Positions 17,025 through 26,298 of a DNA stretch of 51,761 bases are shown in pieces. Numbering within the stretch: position 1 is the first letter of the stretch; every line of letters begins with the position of its first letter. The stretch is from Patescibacteria group bacterium (GTDB taxonomy: Bacteria; Patescibacteriota; Patescibacteriia; UBA2196; GWA2-42-15), in assembly GCA_022709795.1 (NCBI GenBank), contig JAKLID010000002.1, positions 1-51,761 of the forward strand, read 5' to 3'. The notes beneath the pieces are model-generated. The model saw only the letters and a list, made by a program, of their open reading frames with translations. It was not told the origin of the DNA and did no database searches. The position numbers were made by a program, and so were the translations under genes.

Positions 17025-17525
17025 TTATTTTACATTGACCTCTACCCTCTTGGCTGTAAACTCTGTTTTGCCCCGGACATTCTCATAGTCTATCACCGTC
17101 ACCTCGTTACCCACCTTTAGATCACCAAAACCAATAGTCTTTGTTTTATAAAATTCACCGGAGGTACCTGGTTCTATTTGGTTGATATCTATATTCTTAT
17201 CTTGTTCCAGGAAAACTGTTTCCCCATTGGTCAAAACGACAATCGTCTCATCGTTCTTCAGATAATTATTGCTAGCCAGTGCCTCCACTTCAATCTTATT
17301 CCCCACCAAAGATTTAATCGTCCCTACGTATGAATAAAAAGTCGTGGGGAAGCCATCTTGGCTTACGTTGTTTTGCTCATTGGTCTCGGCTGGGCCATTT
17401 GTTTTTTGTTTGGCTATAAAATTGTAGGCCACAAGTCCCACCAGACCGACCATTACCACGACAATGACCACCATGGTAATTTTTTTACCTTTTTGGCTTT
17501 CTGCTGGCAGCATAGTGTTGTCCAT
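17025..17525 (-). CDS. Membrane-anchored hypothetical protein with a beta-rich C-terminal module (tentatively DUF5666-like)
   Basis: N-terminal TM (ITMVVIVVVMVGLVGLVAYNFI). The C-terminal pattern G.I......I.V......V.....T.......DLKVGNEVTV......G...A..V.V is shared with the 32158 and 37082 proteins. Confidence 0.5.
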   Translation of the reverse strand: MDNTMLPAESQKGKKITMVVIVVVMVGLVGLVAYNFIAKQKTNGPAETNEQNNVSQDGFPTTFYSYVGTIKSLVGNKIEVEALASNNYLKNDETIVVLTNGETVFLEQDKNIDINQIEPGTSGEFYKTKTIGFGDLKVGNEVTVIDYENVRGKTEFTAKRVEVNVK

Positions 17526-17660
17526 ATTTTTTTGATTAATTTAACAATATTTATATTATACCACATTTACAGGTAACCAGCAAAGTAATAATTATTCCTG
17601 TTTTTTGACTAAAGCCCCCAAATTCGCTAAACTGGAAATAAACATCGTTCTATCCAGTGT

Positions 17661-17751
17661 GGAGAGGTCGCTGTTGGTCTCCCGGTCATTCGACCGGGCA
17701 AGAGTGCGCACCCGCCAGATCGGATGATCTGGCGCTTGGAAAGCGTGTGCG
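17661..17751 (+). pseudogene. Truncated, hairpin-interrupted copy of the 5' half of tRNA-Ser(GGA)
   Basis: It shares the leader ttctatccag, the acceptor 5' strand ggagagRtcgc, the D-stem 3' strand gtgcgcac and the complete anticodon arm gcttggaaagcg with the intact gene 116 nt downstream. It has two inserted hairpins and no variable or T arm. Confidence 0.55.
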
Positions 17752-17776
17752 TTGAATTTAAAATTCTATCCAGGGC

Positions 17777-17861
17777 GGAGAGATCGCATAGCGGTCTAGT
17801 GCGCACGCTTGGAAAGCGTGTGTGCCGAAAGGCACCGAGGGTTCAAATCCCTCTCTCTCCG
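17777..17861 (+). tRNA. tRNA-Ser (anticodon GGA)
   Basis: Acceptor ggagaga/tctctcc, anticodon arm cacgc-ttGGAaa-gcgtg, long variable arm gtgcc-gaaa-ggcac, T arm gaggg-ttcaaat-ccctc. CCA is not encoded. Confidence 0.9.
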
Positions 17862-17995
17862 CTCTGAATAGAATCATATAAATAACCACTATTATCTTGG
17901 CTTCTGTTATGGTGAGAATCTTTACCCGGTCGGATGACCGGGCGCCCTGGGTAGAATTAACATTATTATCTCACTGGAACCACATCTTCGCTTGT

Positions 17996-18022
17996 TTGAC
18001 AAAAACCGATTTCATGGTATAA
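17996..18022 (+). promoter_or_regulatory. Sigma-70-type promoter upstream of typA
   Basis: TTGACA (17996-18001), a 15-nt spacer containing TGg, and TATAAT (18017-18022). Confidence 0.55.
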
Positions 18023-18073
18023 TCTCTAAAGAATTTAAAAATTCTGCTGACACTCAGCGGGATTTTTATTTAT

Positions 18074-18270
18074 AATACAAATTACGAATAGGTACAACTA
18101 TACAAATATAAGCCTTGAATTTACACCGCTAGCCGATAGAACAAAGTTTAATATTGTATTAATGTATTATTCGTATATTTGTAAAATATTTGTAATTTGT
18201 ATTACTTAATTTACTTATCTTGCTTACTGCTTATCTTGCTTATTGCTTAACTCGCTTACTGCTTAACTCT
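18074..18270. repeat. Heptad/16-mer repeat hairpin region forming the typA leader (empty stem)
   Basis: Left arm tacaaat|tacgaat..., right arm ...atttgta|atttgta, then ttatcttgcttactgc|ttatcttgcttattgc|ttaactcgcttactgc. Confidence 0.6.
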
Positions 18271-20088
18271 ATGAACATCCGTAATGTCGCCATTATCGCT
18301 CACGTTGACCACGGCAAAACCACGCTCGTGGATGCCTTGTTGCGTCAATCAAAAACCAGCTTGAGCAAAGAAGCTGACAGTCATGAGTTGATTATGGACA
18401 GTAACGAATTGGAGCGCGAACGTGGCATTACCATTTTTTCCAAAAATGCTTCCGTTGTCTGGAATGGGATAAAAATAAATATTATTGACACACCTGGCCA
18501 TGCTGACTTTGGGGGCGAAGTGGAACGTGTTTTGAATATGGCTGACGGCTGTCTCCTCTTGGTCGATGCCAAAGAAGGCCCGATGCCCCAGACGCGTTTT
18601 GTTCTCAAAAAAGCTCTAGAAATGGGACACCGGATTATTGTGGTGATCAATAAAATCGATCGTCCAGACGCTCGTCCTGATTATGCTTTGGACAAAACTT
18701 TTGATTTGTTTGTCGAGCTCGGCGCCGATGATCAGGCTCTAAATTTTCCCGTTGTTTACGCCGCCGCCAAACACGGCAAGGCTGGGTTAGAAGCCAATCT
18801 CTCCAAGATGCAAGATATCAATCCTATTTTCGAAGCTATTATCAATCACATCCCTTCGCCTATCAATAATACAGAAGAACCCCTACAAATGCTCGTTACG
18901 ACGATCACCGCTGATAATTTTCGCGGCCGGGTCGCCATTGGCCGAGTTTATAATGGTTGTATCAAAGCCGGACAAAATGTCGCCCACATCAATCGCCAAG
19001 GACAAGTCAATAAATATCGCTTGATTTCTCTGATGACCTTTGTTGGACTAGGACGTGTTGACGTGGCTGAAGCCTCCGCCGGCGACATTGTCGCTCTCGC
19101 CGGTATTCCTGACGTCAATATTGGCGAAACTATCGCTGATGTTGAAAATCCAACTGCTTTACCCCTCTTGAATATTGAAGAGCCGACTGTCCGTATGACT
19201 TTTATGATTAATGATTCTCCTTTCGCCGGACAGGAAGGTGAGTATTCCACCTCCCGCCAGATTCAGGAACGCCTAAATAAAGAACTGGAAACTGATATGG
19301 CCCTGCGCGTAGAAAATGATGCCGCCGGTACTTGGACTGTTTCTGGCCGCGGTGAATTGCATTTGGCGATTTTGATTGAACGCATGCGTCGTGAAGGTTA
19401 TGAATTCCAGGTTTCCCGCCCCCAAGTGATTGATAAAGAACAAGATGGTAAAACACTGACTCCGTTTGAACGGGTGTTTATCGAAGTGCCCGAGGATTAT
19501 TACGGTACCGTGATCCAAAAACTCGGCAGTCGCAAAGGCGAACTCAAAGAAATTCGCACCGTGGACGGCATAGCGTATTTGGAATTTATTATTCCCACTC
19601 GCGGACTTTTCGGCTACCGCAGCGAATTTTTGACGGACACCAGAGGATTGGGTATTATTAATACTTCCTTTTATCAATACGATCTTGACCCCAACAATTG
19701 GGGCGAAAAAGAGCAAGGTTCGCTGGTCGCCCACGAGACCGGCATTACTCGTCTGTACGGTTTGGTCAACGTGCAAAGCCGTGGTATTTTATTCGTTGAA
19801 CCGGGTGTCAATGTTTATGAAGGCCAAGTCGTCGGCCAAAACGCCCGCCCCGGTGATCTTCGGGTAAATGTTTGTAAAGAGAAACAACTTTCCAATATGC
19901 GCTCCAAAGGCGACGGTACTTCGGAACATTTCAATAAACCCCAGGCCATGGATCTGGAGGACGCCCTGGAATTTATCGGCGACGATGAGCTGGTGGAGGT
20001 CACACCCAAAAACATCCGCATCAGAAAAATGTGTCTCAATGAAGCGGCCGCCAGACGGAAAGCCAAAAACTTGCCAGAGGTCGTGTAA
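18271..20088 (+). CDS. typA: Translational GTPase TypA/BipA
   Basis: [21 protein letters not shown]1 motif, [13 protein letters not shown]. Full EF-G-like domain order with a BipA C-terminal domain. ATG 18271 is chosen. Confidence 0.95.
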   Translation: MNIRNVAIIAHVDHGKTTLVDALLRQSKTSLSKEADSHELIMDSNELERERGITIFSKNASVVWNGIKINIIDTPGHADFGGEVERVLNMADGCLLLVDAKEGPMPQTRFVLKKALEMGHRIIVVINKIDRPDARPDYALDKTFDLFVELGADDQALNFPVVYAAAKHGKAGLEANLSKMQDINPIFEAIINHIPSPINNTEEPLQMLVTTITADNFRGRVAIGRVYNGCIKAGQNVAHINRQGQVNKYRLISLMTFVGLGRVDVAEASAGDIVALAGIPDVNIGETIADVENPTALPLLNIEEPTVRMTFMINDSPFAGQEGEYSTSRQIQERLNKELETDMALRVENDAAGTWTVSGRGELHLAILIERMRREGYEFQVSRPQVIDKEQDGKTLTPFERVFIEVPEDYYGTVIQKLGSRKGELKEIRTVDGIAYLEFIIPTRGLFGYRSEFLTDTRGLGIINTSFYQYDLDPNNWGEKEQGSLVAHETGITRLYGLVNVQSRGILFVEPGVNVYEGQVVGQNARPGDLRVNVCKEKQLSNMRSKGDGTSEHFNKPQAMDLEDALEFIGDDELVEVTPKNIRIRKMCLNEAAARRKAKNLPEVV

Positions 20089-20110
20089 TCAATTTAAGAT
20101 TTAAACTGTT

Positions 20111-20261
20111 CGGCCTCCCCTCAGACGAGGGGAGGTGGCGAGCCCCGCTTTGTATTTTGCGGGGAGAGCCAGAGGGGTGTTGAAATGGCTATCATTTGCC
20201 AGCACCTCCCCCTACCCGTTCAGTCTCCCCCGAAGACTTGAACTCAACTGAGGAGGGGAGC
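20111..20261. repeat. GC-rich palindromic intergenic element, diverged copy A
   Basis: Contains cctcccctc-agac-gaggggagg, ccccgc...gcgggg, and a terminal ctgaggaggggag. It starts 23 nt after the typA stop. Confidence 0.55.
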
Positions 20262-20340
20262 AAAAGCCCTAGAAACTTGCCGGGCTTTGCTTTTTTGCCT
20301 CTATTTGCGTTAAAATTAAAATATAGCAAACTTACCTTCT

Positions 20341-21438
20341 ATGAACTTCAATCTCGAAGAAAACGTCCCTCTTAAAAACCTAACCACTTTTCACCTCGGC
20401 GGCCCGGCGCGCTATTTTGTCGTCGCCGAAAACCTTGAAGATCTCAAAAGTTCCGTTAGCTGGGCCAAAGAGAAAGAGGTGCCGGTTTTTGTCTTGGGTG
20501 GCGGCAGCAATTTGGTCGTGAGCGACATTGGGTTTCCCGGCTTAGTTATTCAAGTCAAAATTGCTGGCCTAGAAATTCTACACGAAGATGAAGAGCAAGT
20601 TTTACTCAAAGTCGGTGCTGGGGTCAGATGGGACGAAGTTGTGGATCATGCCGTTGCCTGTGGCTGGTGGGGGATTGAAAACATGTCTTTGATTTATGGT
20701 ACGCTTGGCGGTATCATTGTCCAAAATGCCGGCGCTTACGGCACCGAGATTGCCTCGGTGGTTAACCACGTGGAAATCTACGACCGTGAAGTCGGCGAGG
20801 CCAAAGAATTTTTTGCTGATGATTGCCATTTCGGCTATCGCTCTAGTTTATTTCAAAACAATGAACGCTATTTGATCATCGCTGCGGTTTTAGAGCTCAA
20901 AAAAAATGGCACGCCCAATATCAAATATCCGGACGTGATCAAGTATTTTGCCGAAAAAAATATTACCGTTCCCAGTTTGTCTGATATTCGTACGGCTATT
21001 GTTTCTATCCGCCAAAACAAATTACCCGACCCCGAGGTCCTCGGTTCGGCCGGCTCCTTCTTCAAAAATTTGTTATTAACCCCCGAAGAATATCAAAATC
21101 TCAAAGAAAAAATTACCGCCAACTTCAATGCTGAAACCGTGGCCCAGCTGGAAGGAATAAAAAACAAATTTCCGGTTGTTGGGGCCATCAAAATTCCCAC
21201 CGCCTGGATTTTGGATGTTTGCGGCCTGAAAGGGGAGAGGGTTGGTGCTGCGGTGGTCTATGAAAAGCAGCCCATAATTCTTACCAATCAAGACAATGCC
21301 GCCACAGCCGACGATATTATGAATCTGGTCAAAAAAATCCGCCAAACCGTCTTTGCCAAAACCGGGGTTAAATTGGAAATGGAGCCGGAGTTAGTGGGGT
21401 TTGGCCAAAAGGAAATTGATGGATATTTCCGATTGTAA
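20341..21438 (+). CDS. murB: UDP-N-acetylenolpyruvoylglucosamine reductase MurB
   Basis: LKNLTTFHLGGPARYFV, VLGGGSNLVV, GSAGSFFKN. Confidence 0.9.
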   Translation: MNFNLEENVPLKNLTTFHLGGPARYFVVAENLEDLKSSVSWAKEKEVPVFVLGGGSNLVVSDIGFPGLVIQVKIAGLEILHEDEEQVLLKVGAGVRWDEVVDHAVACGWWGIENMSLIYGTLGGIIVQNAGAYGTEIASVVNHVEIYDREVGEAKEFFADDCHFGYRSSLFQNNERYLIIAAVLELKKNGTPNIKYPDVIKYFAEKNITVPSLSDIRTAIVSIRQNKLPDPEVLGSAGSFFKNLLLTPEEYQNLKEKITANFNAETVAQLEGIKNKFPVVGAIKIPTAWILDVCGLKGERVGAAVVYEKQPIILTNQDNAATADDIMNLVKKIRQTVFAKTGVKLEMEPELVGFGQKEIDGYFRL

Positions 21439-21470
21439 AATTAGATCAACAGAAGATCCTGGGGTAGTTC

Positions 21471-21625
21471 TTTCCCCTCCTCTCTGAGGAGGGGATTAAG
21501 GGGTGGTGGGAGATTTCCACTGCAACCTTCTAATTAATTCGCCGGTAGCAGCTGTCCCACCACCCCGGCTCCCCCGCAGGGCTCAATGCGGGGTTCGCCA
21601 CCCCTCCTCAGAGAGGAGGGGAAAT
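21471..21625. repeat. GC-rich palindromic intergenic element, copy B (complete)
   Basis: Terminal hairpins cccctcctc-tct-gaggagggg (21474-21494) and cccctcctc-aga-gaggagggg (21601-21621). Internal ggggtggtgggag / ctgtcccaccacccc pair around an AT core taattaatt. Confidence 0.7.
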
Positions 21626-21670
21626 CCACGCGCTGTGCTTTTAAAAAAATAAAAAATTATTAAAACATTT

Positions 21671-22255
21671 ATGTCTCGCCAAATAATTCTCGCCTCCAGA
21701 TCCCCTCGTCGCAAAAGACTCTTGGAACAAATTGGTCTTAAGTTTGAAATTCGCGAAAGTGAATATAAAGAAGATATGACTGCCAAAAATGATCCTTATG
21801 AACTGGCTAAATTTTTAGCGCTTGGCAAAGCCCAAGACGTGGCCCGCCATTACGACGACGCCATTGTGATCGGCGCTGACACCTTTACTATTTTTGAGGG
21901 TCAACATGTTGGCAAACCCAAAGATGCTGAAGATGCCAAACGGATTCTAAAAAACTTTTCCGGCCGTTCGCACGAAGTAGTCACTGGTTTCGCGGTAGTT
22001 GACACCAAATCCGGGGAAGTTATCAATGGCTATGGCAAAGCGGAAAGTTTTTTTCGGGAATTGACCGACGAAGAAATTGACGCCTATGTGGCTACTGGCG
22101 AGCCGCTTGGTATGGCTGGTGGTTATGGTTTTATGGATAAAGGTTCTGTTCTGATGAGTGAAGTCAAAGGAGACTTCTATTCTATTATTGGCTTGCCCAT
22201 TGGCCAAGTTTATTTGGCTTTGAAAAAAATGGGCGTCAAGTTTTGGGAAGAGTAA
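21671..22255 (+). CDS. maf: Maf-like nucleoside triphosphate pyrophosphatase
   Basis: IILASRSPRRKRLLEQIGLKFEI, IGADT, GKP, GGYGF motifs. Confidence 0.9.
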   Translation: MSRQIILASRSPRRKRLLEQIGLKFEIRESEYKEDMTAKNDPYELAKFLALGKAQDVARHYDDAIVIGADTFTIFEGQHVGKPKDAEDAKRILKNFSGRSHEVVTGFAVVDTKSGEVINGYGKAESFFRELTDEEIDAYVATGEPLGMAGGYGFMDKGSVLMSEVKGDFYSIIGLPIGQVYLALKKMGVKFWEE

Positions 22256-22311
22256 AATTAGTTTTTTGTTTTATTTGTATATTTGTAATTAATTCGTAAT
22301 TCGTAGATAAT

Positions 22312-22746
22312 ATGAAACTCACTATCGTCGGCAGTAGCGCTTTCAAAGAACAAATGCTTGACTACCAAAAAAAATTGGCCGAGCTCGGTCACGAGGGGAT
22401 TGTCCACCCAGATTATCAAGCCTTTATCAATGGCGAAAAGCAGGATATCTGGGATCTGGTCACCCATGGCGAACACGCCAAAGCCAAACGAGACAATAAT
22501 TACATTATGTGGTATCATAACGCGATCCAGAATAGTGATGGCATTCTGGTTTTGAATTTTGTAAAGAAAGGTATTAAAAATTATATTGGCGGCAACACCC
22601 TCATGGAAATTGCTTTTGCCTTTGTTGCTGGCAAGAAAATATTTTTAATCAATCCCATTCCAGAAGACGTTTCTTATGCTGATGAACTCAAAGCCATGGT
22701 GAATGAAGAGAATGTCCTCAACGGCGATTTGGGGAGAATTAAATAA
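22312..22746 (+). CDS. Hypothetical protein, possible nucleoside 2-deoxyribosyltransferase-like fold
   Basis: Small Rossmann-like pattern (MKLTIVGS..., late GGNTLMEIAFAF). The functional assignment is weak. The gene is flanked by heptad arms (cgtaatt|cgtagat upstream; aattacaaatta downstream). Confidence 0.5.
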   Translation: MKLTIVGSSAFKEQMLDYQKKLAELGHEGIVHPDYQAFINGEKQDIWDLVTHGEHAKAKRDNNYIMWYHNAIQNSDGILVLNFVKKGIKNYIGGNTLMEIAFAFVAGKKIFLINPIPEDVSYADELKAMVNEENVLNGDLGRIK

Positions 22747-22860
22747 TTACAAATTATCCATTCCCATCCGTTTGCCATCCGTTCAATCTGTTGTCGCAGT
22801 TGTTTTGAAATTTAAGCATTAGGTATTTTATTAGAAATTAGTAATTAGAAATTTTTTAAG

Positions 22861-24681
22861 ATGCTCTCCAATGTCGAAGAAATAAAATCCAAGCTGGATA
22901 TCGTGGACCTCATCCAGGAATATTTTCCCTTGAAACAAGCCGGAGTGAATTTCAAGGCTACTTGTCCTTTTCATCAGGAAAAGACCCCGTCTTTTATGGT
23001 CTCCCGTGAACGCCAGATGTGGCACTGTTTCGGCTGCAACGAGGGCGGCGACATGTTTGAATTTATCAAAAGAATAGAAAACATTGATTTTCCCGAGGCC
23101 CTGAAAATCTTGGCGACCAAAGCCGGCGTGCAACTCAAATATCAGGACCCCAAAACCACCAGTCTCAAAACCCGGATTTTGGATATGAATGAAAAAGCTA
23201 CCTCTTGGTTTATGAGTCAGTTGATCAATTCCGCCGCCGGAGCTCATGCCCTAAAATATTTAAAGGAAGCCAGAGAATTGGACGACCAAACGATTAAAGA
23301 CTGGCAGCTAGGTTATGCCCTGGATAGCTGGGATGCCCTTGGTGAATATTTACGCAGCCAAAAATTTACCAAAGAAGAAATAATCCAAGGCGGTCTGGTC
23401 GTGACCAAATCAGGCGGTTATGAATATTACGACCGTTTCCGCGACCGTATTATGTTTCCTATTCTTGATTATCACGGCAACATCGTCGGTTTTACCGGCC
23501 GCACCATGAAAGCTGACGAGCAAGCCAAGTATGTCAATACGCCCCAGACCATTGCTTACAACAAATCCGAAGTCATCTTTGGTTTATACCGGGCCAAACA
23601 ATATATCAAAGACGCCGATGCTGTCGTTATCGTCGAGGGCAATATGGATGTCATCGGCTCAGTCAAAGGCGGAGTGAAAAATGTTGTCGCTGTTTCCGGC
23701 ACTGCCCTGACTGAGGAACAGATAAAAATTTTACAACGTTACACCAACAATATTATTTTCTCTTTTGACGCTGATTCCGCCGGCCTGCGCGCTGCCGAAC
23801 GGGCCATTGAGCTCGCCTGGCGCGCCGAAGCCAATGTCAAAGTCGCGGTTATTCCGCACGACCTAGCCAAAGATCCGGATGAATTGGCCAGAAAAGATCC
23901 AGCCGCTTGGCAGCGCTTGGTCGCCGCAGCCGTGCTCGCTATGGACTATTTTTTTAGTCTCAATCTAGCCAGCTACCAGCCGGGCAATATTGAATCCAAA
24001 AAAACAGCTGCCAAAAATTTGCTCAATCTCATTCTCAAATTAGCCAGTCCGATTGAACAGGATTTTTATCTCAAAAAACTGGCGGAAAAATTGGATATCA
24101 ATGAAACCTCTCTGCGTGATGTTTTTTATAAAACCAAAAATAAAACGCTTTCCTCCAAAGCCCCCGCTTCCACTCCCCGCCAGATCCAACCGACCACGGT
24201 GATTGATAAAAAGTCAGCCGTGGCGACTCGTCTTTTGGCTTTCATGCTCTTGGATCGCGATTATGCTGTCTATGTCAGTGAAATATTTTCTCCCCATTAT
24301 TTACCAGCTGCTTGGCAGCCAGTTTACAAAGCCCTAGTCGTCTGTTATACCAGACAAATTTCCGAAGCCAATTTGTCGGCTGACCCCATTGAATACCTAA
24401 TAAAGAAGGATCCTGGTTTGACAAACCTCGCCAATAGCCTGATAATTAAGAAAGAAGAATTGCGCGATCTGTCTTACACCGAAGCGGTTCATGAAATAAA
24501 ACAACACGTCAGCTATTTTAAAAAGGCTTTTGTTCAAGAGAGACAGGCTACTATCAAAGAAGAAATAAAAGCGCTAGAACGCATCACTTCGCCGGGCGAC
24601 GAGGCGCAGACTGAAAAAATCGCCGCGCTCCTCCGGCAATTTAATGAATTATCCGCTGAATTAAATGACACGGATTTTTAA
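22861..24681 (+). CDS. dnaG: DNA primase DnaG
   Basis: Zinc ribbon CPFHQEKTPSFMVSRERQMWHCFGC and TOPRIM motifs EGNMDV and DADSAG. Confidence 0.95.
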   Translation: MLSNVEEIKSKLDIVDLIQEYFPLKQAGVNFKATCPFHQEKTPSFMVSRERQMWHCFGCNEGGDMFEFIKRIENIDFPEALKILATKAGVQLKYQDPKTTSLKTRILDMNEKATSWFMSQLINSAAGAHALKYLKEARELDDQTIKDWQLGYALDSWDALGEYLRSQKFTKEEIIQGGLVVTKSGGYEYYDRFRDRIMFPILDYHGNIVGFTGRTMKADEQAKYVNTPQTIAYNKSEVIFGLYRAKQYIKDADAVVIVEGNMDVIGSVKGGVKNVVAVSGTALTEEQIKILQRYTNNIIFSFDADSAGLRAAERAIELAWRAEANVKVAVIPHDLAKDPDELARKDPAAWQRLVAAAVLAMDYFFSLNLASYQPGNIESKKTAAKNLLNLILKLASPIEQDFYLKKLAEKLDINETSLRDVFYKTKNKTLSSKAPASTPRQIQPTTVIDKKSAVATRLLAFMLLDRDYAVYVSEIFSPHYLPAAWQPVYKALVVCYTRQISEANLSADPIEYLIKKDPGLTNLANSLIIKKEELRDLSYTEAVHEIKQHVSYFKKAFVQERQATIKEEIKALERITSPGDEAQTEKIAALLRQFNELSAELNDTDF

Positions 24682-24688
24682 TTAACCC

Positions 24689-26020
24689 ATGGCCAGCTTC
24701 AGACAAAAGAATAGGCCGCCCAAAAACAGGAAGAAAAACACTCCCCATTTTAAAGTTAAACTCAAAAAAAACTATAACCAACCCATGAAGAAAAAAAACA
24801 AATTTAAAAAAGCCAATAATCCGCGACCGAAAAAGAAATTTATTCCCCGCCCCAAGAAAAGGGCGATCGTTATCCATCCCAAGGCAAAAGTCAAAAAGGC
24901 TCCGCCAAAAATTCTAAAGCTCAAGGCGGAATTCCCCCAGGCGGCCGTTGAGAGCCTTATCCAAAAGGGCCGTTTGCGCGGCTTTGTGACCGAATCAGAA
25001 ATTCTCCATGCCTTCCCCGAGTTGGAAGAATATCTAGATGATGTGGAAGAAGTTCTCTACCGTCTGGATCGTTTGAGCATCAGCATTATCGAAAAAGAAA
25101 TCGGTTTTCTGTCCACGGAAAAAGCCTGCAAGGATATTTTGGATGAAATTGGCATCAAGTCAGAAAAGAAAAAAGTTGATCTGACTGATATTTCTTCTGA
25201 CTCCATTCAAATGTATTTGCGCGAGATCGGCAAAGCGCCGCTCTTGCATGTGGAAGATGAAGTTCAGCTGGCCAAAAGAAAGGAGAAAGGGGACAAGAGT
25301 GCTGCGCGCAAGCTCATTCAGTCCAATTTGCGTCTCGTCGTCTCTATCGCCAAAAAATTTGTCGGCCGTGGCGGTTTGACCCTACTTGATCTTATCCAGG
25401 AAGGTAATATTGGCTTGTTCCGTGCTGTGGAAAAATTTGACTATCGTCGTGGTTACAAATTTTCTACCTACGCTACCTGGTGGATCCGTCAGGCGATCAC
25501 CCGCGCCCTGGCCGACCAGTCGCGCACTATCCGTATCCCGGTTCACATGGTGGAAACCATCAATAAATTTCAGCAGGTCCAGCGCCGTTTGATTCAGGAT
25601 CTGGGTCGTGAACCCTTGGCCGAAGAAATCGCCTCGGAAATGGGAGAAGATATTGAAAAAATAAATCATATCATGCAAATTTCCCAGGATACCGTGTCTC
25701 TGGAAACTTCCGTGGGTGACGACGGTGATGATGATGCCAAGCTCTCTGATTTTATCGAAGATACCAAGACCCTGAGCCCTTCCAAAGCTGCCTCCTTGCG
25801 TCTTTTGGCCGAACATGTTAGAAATATTATTGAAGAATTGACTCCACGGGAAAGAAAAATTTTGGAAATGCGTTTTGGTCTGGTTGACGGCGTGGCCCAC
25901 ACCCTAGAAGAGGTCGGTCAGGAATTCGGCGTCACCCGCGAACGTATTCGTCAAATAGAAACCAAAGCCTTGGAAAAAATGCAACAGCATCTGGATATGA
26001 AAAAACTGAAAGATTATTAA
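24689..26020 (+). CDS. rpoD: Primary sigma factor RpoD with Lys-rich N-terminal extension
   Basis: Regions 1.2 to 4.2 are recognisable ([63 protein letters not shown]). The first ~80 aa are extremely basic. Confidence 0.95.
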   Translation: MASFRQKNRPPKNRKKNTPHFKVKLKKNYNQPMKKKNKFKKANNPRPKKKFIPRPKKRAIVIHPKAKVKKAPPKILKLKAEFPQAAVESLIQKGRLRGFVTESEILHAFPELEEYLDDVEEVLYRLDRLSISIIEKEIGFLSTEKACKDILDEIGIKSEKKKVDLTDISSDSIQMYLREIGKAPLLHVEDEVQLAKRKEKGDKSAARKLIQSNLRLVVSIAKKFVGRGGLTLLDLIQEGNIGLFRAVEKFDYRRGYKFSTYATWWIRQAITRALADQSRTIRIPVHMVETINKFQQVQRRLIQDLGREPLAEEIASEMGEDIEKINHIMQISQDTVSLETSVGDDGDDDAKLSDFIEDTKTLSPSKAASLRLLAEHVRNIIEELTPRERKILEMRFGLVDGVAHTLEEVGQEFGVTRERIRQIETKALEKMQQHLDMKKLKDY

Positions 26021-26024
26021 TGGA

Positions 26025-26190
26025 AAAAGTAAAAAGGCAAATGGCAAAATTTAATAGTAACTCGTAACTAGTAATTAGTAAAAGGAAAATTTTAATTTTA
26101 TAATTTTTAATTTTTAAATAAGGTCTAAATCTAAAATTTTTAAAATTAGAATTTAAGGTTTATTTAAAAATTAAAAATTCAAAAATTGTG
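26025..26190. repeat. Heptad-phased AT-rich inverted-repeat spacer (empty stem)
   Basis: Fourteen consecutive in-phase heptads all start with A (26025-26122: aaaagta|aaaaggc|aaatggc|aaaattt|aatagta|actcgta|actagta|attagta|...). The complementary arm is ...taaaaat|taaaaat|tcaaaaa. Confidence 0.65.
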
Positions 26191-26191
26191 T

Positions 26192-26263
26192 TCGGGGATA
26201 GCTCAGCGGTAGAGCAATGCGCTGTTAACGCATGGGTCCAGGGTTCGAATCCCTGTCCCCGAG
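26192..26263 (+). tRNA. tRNA-Asn (anticodon GUU)
   Basis: Acceptor tcgggga/tccccga, D arm gctc-agcggta-gagc, anticodon arm atgcg-ctGTTaa-cgcat, T arm caggg-ttcgaat-ccctg. Confidence 0.95.
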
Positions 26264-26267
26264 AAAA

Positions 26268-26298
26268 TAAAAGCCAGCATCAGCTGGCTTTTATTTTT
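26268..26298 (+). terminator. Intrinsic terminator after tRNA-Asn
   Basis: aaagccagc-atca-gctggcttt plus T-run. Confidence 0.7.

Noticed and set aside
17526-18270. Integrative element, prophage or genomic island at the duplicated tRNA-Ser.
   Set aside because: No integrase, recombinase or phage-like gene is adjacent. The flanking genes are ordinary (a membrane protein and typA). The duplicated part is the 5' half, not the usual 3' attachment core.
21583-21786. ORFs generated by the GC-rich repeat elements (21583-21786 -, 31397-31642 +, and the N-terminal part of 31617-32120).
   Set aside because: They are translations of palindromic repeat DNA (…PLLSEEGW…, …GGVVGPLPLTSGG…) and overlap real gene starts. 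The same sequence occurs in both orientations.
26025-26122. Possibility that the tandem repeat arrays are CRISPR arrays.
   Set aside because: The repeat unit is 7 nt (occasionally 14-21), with no 25-40 nt repeats separated by unique spacers. No cas genes are in the window.
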